Below, in pieces: positions 17,059 to 24,387 of a stretch of 64,000 nt of DNA. The stretch is from Oscillospiraceae bacterium (lineage in GTDB: Bacteria > Bacillota > Clostridia > Oscillospirales > CAG-382). The DNA lies in contig SVRI01000002.1 of assembly GCA_015064895.1 (NCBI GenBank), positions 84,113-148,112 on the forward strand. The letters run 5' to 3'. The notes under the pieces are model-generated. The model searched no databases, was not told the origin of the DNA, and saw only the letters and a list, made by a program, of their open reading frames with translations. Position 1 is the first letter of the stretch, and the number at the start of each line of letters is the position of its first letter. Position numbers and translations under genes: made by a program.

Positions 17059-19080
17059 ATGAAAAAACGAGTTATTATTCTGTTATCACTCTTAATGTGT
17101 CTGTTTTTTGCTTTTTCCACATCTGCAACTGTAGTAGATTCCGGAACTTGCGGTGATAATTTAACATGGACTTTTGATGATATAGGAACGCTTACTATCA
17201 GTGGTACGGGGGATATGTATAATTGGCGGTTCGAAGATGCTGAGCCAGAGTACGATGCACCGTGGTATCGTTACAGAGAAACGATAGATAATGTTATTGT
17301 AGAAGCAGGTGTAACAAGCATAGGTAATCAGGCGTTTAGTTGCTTCCGACTTGTATTATATTATGAAAGCATAGGCGGTCCTCTTACAAGCATAAGCATT
17401 CCCGATACCGTGGTAAAAATCGGTGAACGGGCATTCGAACATTGTTCAAGCCTTGAATCAATAGTAATTCCAAACAGTGTAACCAGTATTGGAAATAGAG
17501 CGTTCAATTGTTGTACAAGCCTTAAAGAGATATTCATTCCTGCAAGTGTAACAAGCCTTGGACGTCAAGTGATCGGGGGACTAGTAAGCCAAGACGAGGT
17601 GATTTACGATTACGCTGAAGGAGACTTTGGCGGCACTGTACTCGGAGGTTGCACAAGTCTTGAAAGCATTACAGTTGATTCAAACAATAAAATGTATTCT
17701 AATGATGAAAGAGGTGTTTTATTTAATAAGGACAAAACAATACTTATTAAATACCCTATCGGAAATAAAGCAACTTCTTATAAAATCCCCGACGGCGTAA
17801 CAATCATTGGCAGAGGTGCATTCGAAGGTTGTTCAAATCTTAAGGAAATAATTATTCCTGAAGGTGTAACATGTATAAGCAGTTATGCATTCGAAGGTTG
17901 TTCAAATCTTAAGGAAATAATTATTCCTGAAAGCGTAATAAGCGTTGACTACGGGGCGTTCGAAGATTGCACAAACCTCGAAAGCGTTGATGTTGGAAAT
18001 AGCATAACAATCATTGATGAAAGTGCGTTTGACGGTTGCACAAGCCTTAAAAACATAACTGTTGCTGAAAATAACGAGTTATATTCAAAAGATGAAAGAG
18101 GTGTTTTGTTTAATAAGGACAAAACAATACTTATAAAATATCCAGTTAAAATTGAAGGAACTTCTTATGAAATTCCCGACGGTGTAACAAAAATTAACGA
18201 TTACGCATTCAAAGGATGCACAAGTCTTGAAGAAGTATTAATTCCTGACGGTGTAACAAGTATTGGATATTCTGCTTTCGAGGATTGCACAAGACTTAAA
18301 GCAATAGTCATTCCCGACAGTGTAACGGGTATTGGTGAACGTGCGTTTTATGGTTGTACAAATCTTAAAAGTGTAAAAATTGGTAGTAGAGTAACAAATA
18401 TAGGTGGTATGTACGCATTTGCATTTTGCACAAGTCTTGAATCGATAGAAATTCCCGAAAGCGTCACATACGTAGGGCAATTTTCATTTATGTATTGTAG
18501 GAATCTAAAAAAAGCAACTGTTTTGAGCAGAAATGCAGAATTCAGTTTTAGTATAGATGACGTGTTTGGACGTTCAAATCCCGTCATCTACGGCTACAAA
18601 GGTTCAACGGCGGAAACGGAAGCAAAAGAATACAACCGCCCGTTTGTTGCCCTTTCCGCCACCCCCACAAACGCAAAAGTACTCATCAACGGCAAAGAAG
18701 TTGCATTTACAGCCTACAACATCGGCGGCAACAACTACTTCAAACTCCGTGATGTTGCAATGGCACTAAACGGCAGTGAAAAGAATTTCAACGTAGGTTG
18801 GGACAGCACCAACAATGCAATTTCTCTTACTTCAAACCAAAGCTACACATCGGTCGGCGGCGAACTCATTGTTGATGCAAATGCTACCTCAACAGAACCT
18901 ATCGTTACAAATTCAAGAGTTTACAAGGATAGCGAGCCCGTTTCATTCATTGCGTTCAACATCGGTGGAAACAACTACTTCAAGCTTCGTGATATTGGCA
19001 AAGCTTTTGATTTCGGTATCGGTTGGGACAATGAGACTAAAACCATTACCATTGACACAAGCATAGGTTATACCGAATAA
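17059..19080 (+). CDS. secreted BspA-type leucine-rich-repeat surface protein with two C-terminal stalk-like repeats
   Basis: ORF 17008..19080 trimmed to ATG 17059 (AGGAGG 7 nt upstream; signal peptide MKKRVIILLSLLMCLFFAFSTSA). About 15 units of the ~23-aa repeat IP..V..IG..AF..C..L. The C-terminus has two copies of a module ..NGK/S..V.F.A(Y/F)NIGGNNYFKLRD.. resembling copper-amine-oxidase-N-like stalk domains. Confidence 0.8.
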   Translation: MKKRVIILLSLLMCLFFAFSTSATVVDSGTCGDNLTWTFDDIGTLTISGTGDMYNWRFEDAEPEYDAPWYRYRETIDNVIVEAGVTSIGNQAFSCFRLVLYYESIGGPLTSISIPDTVVKIGERAFEHCSSLESIVIPNSVTSIGNRAFNCCTSLKEIFIPASVTSLGRQVIGGLVSQDEVIYDYAEGDFGGTVLGGCTSLESITVDSNNKMYSNDERGVLFNKDKTILIKYPIGNKATSYKIPDGVTIIGRGAFEGCSNLKEIIIPEGVTCISSYAFEGCSNLKEIIIPESVISVDYGAFEDCTNLESVDVGNSITIIDESAFDGCTSLKNITVAENNELYSKDERGVLFNKDKTILIKYPVKIEGTSYEIPDGVTKINDYAFKGCTSLEEVLIPDGVTSIGYSAFEDCTRLKAIVIPDSVTGIGERAFYGCTNLKSVKIGSRVTNIGGMYAFAFCTSLESIEIPESVTYVGQFSFMYCRNLKKATVLSRNAEFSFSIDDVFGRSNPVIYGYKGSTAETEAKEYNRPFVALSATPTNAKVLINGKEVAFTAYNIGGNNYFKLRDVAMALNGSEKNFNVGWDSTNNAISLTSNQSYTSVGGELIVDANATSTEPIVTNSRVYKDSEPVSFIAFNIGGNNYFKLRDIGKAFDFGIGWDNETKTITIDTSIGYTE

Positions 19081-19165
19081 ACAGTAAAAGAGAGGCACAC
19101 AGCCACTCAGCTTAATGACAAACCCCTACTCTAAGAGCGGATATTGGCATATCGTACAAACAGCG

Positions 19166-19215
19166 GCTCCCCTGTGTAAGGGGAGCTGTTTTGCGTATGC
19201 AAAACTGAGGGGTTG
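19166..19215 (-). repeat. family C double-hairpin repeat unit (inverted copy)
   Basis: The reverse complement reads caacccctcagttttgcatacgcaaaacagctccccttacacaggggagc. The order of modules is the same as in 9301-9349. Confidence 0.6.
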
Positions 19216-19242
19216 TTTTTAGGCTGTTTACGTACATTACCA

Positions 19243-19297
19243 CAATCCCTCCGTCATTTTCCAAAGAAAATGACACCTCCCTTTACACAAGGGAGGC
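19243..19297 (+). repeat. family C double-hairpin repeat unit
   Basis: caatccctccgtcattttccaaagaaaatgacacctccctttacacaagggagg. The first hairpin differs from 9301-9349 but is again self-complementary. Confidence 0.6.
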
Positions 19298-19364
19298 TCT
19301 TGAATTGATACATTTATACACATTGTTAACAAAGTTTTAGAGAATACACTTTATCGGCAATCTT

Positions 19365-19390
19365 AGAGAGGCACACAGCCTCTCTTTTTT
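19365..19390 (+). terminator. Rho-independent terminator (probably the displaced terminator of the LRR gene; also abuts the mgtE stop)
   Basis: agagaggc (19365-72) pairs with gcctctct (19378-85), loop acaca, followed by ttttt. The 5' arm plus loop is duplicated at 19089-19104. Confidence 0.7.
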
Positions 19391-19396
19391 ACTCTT

Positions 19397-20767
19397 TTAC
19401 ATCCTATGACCAAGCAGCACCATTGCAAGCTTAAAGTAGAACATCAGCGACACAACGTCAACTATAGTCGTAATCATGGGAGATGCCACAACGGCAGGGT
19501 CGAGTTTTATTCTCTTTGCAAGAAGCGGCAGAAATGCACCGAGGGTTTTTGCCATAAGTATTGTGAAAATCATGGCAAGACCGAGAACAAGTCCCATCAT
19601 TACCCTGTCAGGGTCGTTTGTGAAGAAATAAATTCTTGCAAAATTGAGTGCTCCGAAAATCACACCGATTGTAAGCGCCACTCTTATTTCCTTCCACATG
19701 ACACGGAAAGAGTCGCGAAGGCTGATTTCATCAAGGGTCATGGCACGGATAACCGTTGCCGTTGTCTGAGATCCTGAATTGCCGCCGGTACCTGTCAGCA
19801 TCGGCATAAATGTAACAAGCAGCGGAAGCGCCGAGATTGCAATTTCGTATTTTCCTAAGATAAGTCCGTTCAGCATACCTGCAAGCATGAGTACGAAAAG
19901 CCACGGAATTCTTGCTTTCACATGAGAAAATACGCTTGTTTTAAGGTAGGGCGTTTCGGTAGGAACGATAGCCGCCATCTGTTCGATATCTCGTGTTGCC
20001 TCTTCTTCGATAACGTCAACAATGTCGTCGACCGTAACAATGCCGACGATTCTTTCTTCGCTGTCAACAACAGGAAGTGCAAAAAGGTCATATTTCTGAG
20101 TAAGCCTTACCGCCTCTTCCCTGTCGTCATGGGTTTCAACCTTAATGACATTTGTTTCCATAAGGTTTTCGATAAGTTCTTCATCATCACGGCAGCCGAG
20201 AATGTCCGACAGTTCAAGAACGCCTATAAGCTTTCTACGTTCTCCGAGAACATAACAGGTATATACCGTTTCTTTATGATATGAAACCTTTCTGATGTAT
20301 TCGATAGCCTCACCGACCGTCATGCCCGATTTGAGGCTGGTGTATTCGCTGGTCATAATACTGCCCACGCTGTCTTCATTATAATTCAGAAATTTATTGA
20401 TTTCGGCACGGGTATTTGCGTTTGCATTACGAAGTACCTTCTGCACAAGATTTGCAGGCATTTCTTCCAGCATGTCAACGGCATCGTCTGTTGCAAGTTC
20501 TTCAATGAGCTTTTTGATTTCTTCATCCGTTGCAATTCCGACGATTTCTTCCTGAAAATCGGGTTCAATATAACTGAAAACGTCTGCCGCAAGGTCTTTG
20601 GGCATGAGTTTCATGACAATTAGCGCGGTTTTGGGTTCGAGAGTCTGAAGATATTCAGCGGTATCCGCTTCGGGTGTATCTTCTACCAGCTCACGCATCT
20701 TTTTATAGCTTTTATTTTCAAAAAGCTCATTCATTTCACTTTCAAAAATATCATAATTTTCTTTCAC
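19397..20767 (-). CDS. mgtE: magnesium transporter MgtE
   Basis: MgtE N-domain, two CBS domains (ALPVVDSEERIVGIVTVDDIVDVIEEE) and a C-terminal 5-TM channel with GTGGNSGSQT. The start is uncertain: the ORF track gives ATG 20824, but that N-terminus overlaps a strong hairpin. GTG 20767 or ATG 20734 give lengths of 446-457 aa, closer to typical MgtE. Confidence 0.88.
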   Translation of the reverse strand: MKENYDIFESEMNELFENKSYKKMRELVEDTPEADTAEYLQTLEPKTALIVMKLMPKDLAADVFSYIEPDFQEEIVGIATDEEIKKLIEELATDDAVDMLEEMPANLVQKVLRNANANTRAEINKFLNYNEDSVGSIMTSEYTSLKSGMTVGEAIEYIRKVSYHKETVYTCYVLGERRKLIGVLELSDILGCRDDEELIENLMETNVIKVETHDDREEAVRLTQKYDLFALPVVDSEERIVGIVTVDDIVDVIEEEATRDIEQMAAIVPTETPYLKTSVFSHVKARIPWLFVLMLAGMLNGLILGKYEIAISALPLLVTFMPMLTGTGGNSGSQTTATVIRAMTLDEISLRDSFRVMWKEIRVALTIGVIFGALNFARIYFFTNDPDRVMMGLVLGLAMIFTILMAKTLGAFLPLLAKRIKLDPAVVASPMITTIVDVVSLMFYFKLAMVLLGHRM

Positions 20768-20946
20768 GGTAAATACAGTCCTTTCTTTCGGATATGACAA
20801 TACCGCCATCACGCAAAAAAGCATGACGGCGGCAGAAAGTACGTATTTACTCTTTTAAAAGGCGACAGTGAGCCGAAGTGAATACGTCTTTCTGCGATTT
20901 ATGTAATTGTAAAGGCAACTTCGCCCGTCCGTACTCATTCTACTCA

Positions 20947-21084
20947 CCTACTTTTTCTTTCGGAGAAAAAGTAGGCAAAAAGAACTCACACTTAGCTCGT
21001 TCCTGCCATTATCTTTCTCCGATTTTTTGTTTCTCAAATTGTTTTACGTCTGTGTGCCATAAATCCAAGCACACAGGCTCATTA
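20947..21084 (-). repeat. family B bipartite hairpin element, copy B2 (in the mgtE leader, just after mutS)
   Basis: Minus-strand reading: TAATGAG, then hairpin 1 (gcctgtgtg / cttggatttatgg / cacacagac, 21078-21048), then hairpin 2 (cctactttttct / ccgaa / agaaaaagtagg, 20975-20947), followed by TGA. Confidence 0.8.
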
Positions 21085-21109
21085 GAAATTATAAATTCTT
21101 AATTCAAAT

Positions 21110-23716
21110 TTACTTCAGCATATTTTTCAGTTCATACAGCTTTGTAAGAGCTTCGATGGGTGTAAGTGTATTTACATCAATCTTTTTGATTTCGTCTATC
21201 ACCCTGTCCTGTTCAAGAGAATCAAGGCTGAGTGTTCCCGAAAAGTCATCTGTTATCTTTATTTTAGGCATCTGGCTCTTTACGGGAGAAACATTATGCT
21301 TTTCTTCAATTTCCTTCAAAATCTCATTTGCCCTGTCAACCACCGACTTCGGCACGCCTGCAAGCTTTGCAACTTCAATACCGTAGCTTTTGTCTGTTGC
21401 ACCTTCGACAATCTTTCTGAGGAAGATTAGGTCGTCGCCCCTCTTTTTTGCAACAATATGGAAATTGGCAACACCTTTACAAACTTCGGAAAGCTCCGTA
21501 AGTTCATGGTAGTGGGTTGCAAACATGGTCTTTGAATTCAGTTTTTTGCTGACGGTATATTCAACAATGGCTCTTGCAATACTCATGCCGTCATAGGTGG
21601 ATGTGCCTCTGCCGATTTCGTCATAGACTACAAGGCTTTTACTTGTGGCATTCTTTAAAATATAGGCACATTCCGACATTTCAAGCATAAAGGTACTCTG
21701 TCCCTGTGCAAGGTCATCCGATGCTCCTATTCGTGTAAACACCTTATCAATTATGCCTATTCTTGCACTTCTTGCGGGAACAAAAGAGCCTATCTGTGCC
21801 ATAATCACAATAAGTGCTGTCTGGCGCATATATGTACTCTTACCTGCCATGTTGGGACCTGTAATGAGAAGAAGCCGTCTGTTTTCATCAAAATGCACAT
21901 CATTGGGAACGAACATTTCGTTCTTCATAAACTTTTCAACTACGGGATGACGGCTGTCTACAAGGTCAATTACATCACTTGTATCAACCTCAGGGCAGGT
22001 GTAGTTATTCTTCTTTGCTACATCTGCCAGCGACACATACACATCAAGCTTCGAGAGGGCAACAGCAGTTTTCTGAACCCTTGCAAGGTTGGAGGCAACA
22101 TATTCACGAAGCCTCTGGAAAAGCTCATATTCCAGGGTGACAAGTCTTTCCTTTGCACCGAGAACTTTAGTTTCCATCTCTTTAAGTTCCTGAGTTATGT
22201 ATCTTTCGGCACCCGTAAGCGTCTGTTTTCTCACATAGCTGTCGGGAACAAGGTCTTTGAATGAATTTGTAACCTCAATATAGTAGCCGAACACTCTGTT
22301 ATAGCCGACTTTAAGGTTTTTGATACCCGTCAGTTCCTTTTCCTGCTGTTCGATTCTTGCCATCCAGGAGTGACCGTCATTCATCATATCGCGAAGCTCA
22401 TCTGCTTCCTTTGAAAAGCCTTCCTTTATAAAGCCGCCTTCCCTGATTGAAAAGGGCGGGTCGTCTTTTATTGCATTGGCAATGTATTCGGCAATATCAT
22501 CAAGTGTATCAAGGCTATTGCAAAGAGACGACAGTTCCTCACTGTTAAACTTTGACACATACTCTTTTATTGGTTTTATAACATTTATCGACTGCTCAAT
22601 TGCCTTCATATCCTTACCGTTGGTGGTGTTATACACAACACGCGTCATAAGGCGTTCGAGGTCGCCGATTTCAGATAACAGGTGCTGAAGCTCTTCTTTT
22701 GTGATAAAGTCGGAGTAAAGCTCCTTTACCGCGTTCTGTCTTTTTATTATTTCGTTACAGTTGACAAGGGGCATTTCAATCCATTTGCGAAGAAGTCTTG
22801 CACCCATAGCCGTCTTTGTTTTATCGAGAACCCAAAGGAGTGTGCCCTTCTTTTCGCGTGTTCTCATGGTTTCGCAAAGCTCAAGGTTACGTCTTGTATT
22901 TACATCTATTCCGAGATATGCGTTATTATCGTATCCGGTGATTTTATTAAGATACGAAAGGTCAACCTTCTGGGTATCTGCAATATAAAGAAGAAGTGCC
23001 GCAATTGAATCCACGGCGGGCGATGATTCATCAAGAAAAGCATTGTCAAGCTCATCCTTGCCGAAGTGCTCAAGTACTGCTGTATATGCACCGTTCTTAT
23101 AAAGCCCTGCCGCCCTGTCATTGAAAACACAGCCGAGGCGTTCCGAAACAAAGGAATATATTTCGGGAACACCGCTTCTGTCGGCGTTTGTAATAATTTC
23201 GCTGGGACAGTAGGTCGCAAGCTCATTGATGATGCGTTTGTTCATATCCGCATCGCTTATACTTGTTACAAATATCTTTGCCGTTGAAACGTCGCAGAAG
23301 CATAGACCGCAGGAAGTTCCTCTGATGTACATTGAGCAGAGGTAATTATTTTTACCCTCTTGCAGCATTGTACTCTCGGTTACGGTACCCGGTGTGATTA
23401 TTCTTGACACCTCACGTCTAACAAGTCCTTTAGCCGTTGCAGGGTCTTCTGCCTGCTCGCAGACAACTACCGTATAGCCCTTTTTGACAAGTCTTGCAAT
23501 ATACGTTTCGGCACTGTGATAGGGTACTCCGCACATGGGTGCTCTTTCTTCCATGCCGCAGCTCTTACCTGTAAGTGTCAGTTCAAGCTCACGGGATACA
23601 ACTTTGGCATCGTCAAAGAACATCTCGTAAAAGTCACCGAGACGGTAGAAGAGTATTTCGTTTTTATACTTTTCCTTGACTTCAAGGTACTGAAGCATCA
23701 TGGGAGTATATGGCAT
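21110..23716 (-). CDS. mutS: DNA mismatch repair protein MutS
   Basis: ORF 21110..23794 trimmed to ATG 23716 (MPYTPMMLQYLEVK is the canonical MutS N-terminus). Walker A GPNMAGKSTYMRQ, plus STFMLEMSE and DEIGRGTSTYDG. Confidence 0.93.
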   Translation of the reverse strand: MPYTPMMLQYLEVKEKYKNEILFYRLGDFYEMFFDDAKVVSRELELTLTGKSCGMEERAPMCGVPYHSAETYIARLVKKGYTVVVCEQAEDPATAKGLVRREVSRIITPGTVTESTMLQEGKNNYLCSMYIRGTSCGLCFCDVSTAKIFVTSISDADMNKRIINELATYCPSEIITNADRSGVPEIYSFVSERLGCVFNDRAAGLYKNGAYTAVLEHFGKDELDNAFLDESSPAVDSIAALLLYIADTQKVDLSYLNKITGYDNNAYLGIDVNTRRNLELCETMRTREKKGTLLWVLDKTKTAMGARLLRKWIEMPLVNCNEIIKRQNAVKELYSDFITKEELQHLLSEIGDLERLMTRVVYNTTNGKDMKAIEQSINVIKPIKEYVSKFNSEELSSLCNSLDTLDDIAEYIANAIKDDPPFSIREGGFIKEGFSKEADELRDMMNDGHSWMARIEQQEKELTGIKNLKVGYNRVFGYYIEVTNSFKDLVPDSYVRKQTLTGAERYITQELKEMETKVLGAKERLVTLEYELFQRLREYVASNLARVQKTAVALSKLDVYVSLADVAKKNNYTCPEVDTSDVIDLVDSRHPVVEKFMKNEMFVPNDVHFDENRRLLLITGPNMAGKSTYMRQTALIVIMAQIGSFVPARSARIGIIDKVFTRIGASDDLAQGQSTFMLEMSECAYILKNATSKSLVVYDEIGRGTSTYDGMSIARAIVEYTVSKKLNSKTMFATHYHELTELSEVCKGVANFHIVAKKRGDDLIFLRKIVEGATDKSYGIEVAKLAGVPKSVVDRANEILKEIEEKHNVSPVKSQMPKIKITDDFSGTLSLDSLEQDRVIDEIKKIDVNTLTPIEALTKLYELKNMLK

Positions 23717-23802
23717 TTTTTTACCCGACCTTTTTTTCTGAAATATAATTTTGGCATCTCCAAAAATGCCAAATGATGAATTAGGAATAAGCAAAGAGTT
23801 TG

Positions 23803-23940
23803 GTCGGTCGGATTTATGCCGACCAAACGGGGTTATTTATGCGACACCGATGGCATGTTTTCGACAAAACATGCCCCGTGAATTCTTTTCTTTTTTGCTG
23901 ACTTTTTTCTTTTCAGCAAAGAAAAAAGTCAGTGGCAGCC
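23803..23940 (+). repeat. family B bipartite hairpin element, copy B3 (opposite orientation to B1 and B2)
   Basis: Plus-strand reading: GAG, then hairpin 1 (tttggtcgg / tcggatttatg / ccgaccaaa, 23807-35), ACGGGG, a middle hairpin at 23860-83 closed by acgggg/ccccgt, then hairpin 2 (ctgacttttttcttt / tcagc / aaagaaaaaagtcag, 23906-40). Confidence 0.7.
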
Positions 23941-24369
23941 TTTGCAAGTTGCGCAGTTATGGGTACATTCCGCACCGCCCTCAACACCGTCCTCATAATC
24001 GTCGTACTGCTTTTCACTTGTAAGATTTTCGGGGCTGATATAGGATGTGATTGTCATATTGATGGCATTAAGAAGAATATTGAGGTTTTCTTCTGCCGTG
24101 TTGTATGCCATCATTTCGGGGTGGTTTGTAATTTCCGAATAGAGTGCTTCCATGCGTGCCGAAACCGCATCAAGAAGCTGCATATCGTTTTCGTCGCCTT
24201 TTGAGCTTTCTATATCGTAAATCTTCTTCTGTACGTTAAATTCGTCAAGCTTTGCCTTGAGTGCCGCGTTTGCTTTGCATGCATCTCTTGTTTCACAAAA
24301 TGTTTTATACTGTGTGCTTTCAGCGAGTTTTTCGCCGAGAGCTCTGGCAAGATTCATCATTTCTATCAT
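23929..24369 (-). CDS. YlbF/YmcA (Ric) family regulator-like protein with a Cys-rich C-terminal tail
   Basis: 146 aa. The helical pattern ARALGEKLAESTQYKTF..AKLDEFNVQKKIY..YSEITNHPEMMAYNTAEENLNILLNAIN fits the YlbF family as I remember it. The tail ECTHNCATCKGCH has four Cys. Family assignment is by pattern only. Confidence 0.6.
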   Translation of the reverse strand: MIEMMNLARALGEKLAESTQYKTFCETRDACKANAALKAKLDEFNVQKKIYDIESSKGDENDMQLLDAVSARMEALYSEITNHPEMMAYNTAEENLNILLNAINMTITSYISPENLTSEKQYDDYEDGVEGGAECTHNCATCKGCH

Positions 24370-24387
24370 TGTAATTACTTCCTTTCG

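Noticed and set aside
20855-21084. M-box riboswitch call upstream of mgtE
   Set aside because: Only short partial matches to the conserved M-box strings, and the region is too short. I kept it as an open question in the findings rather than annotating it as a feature.
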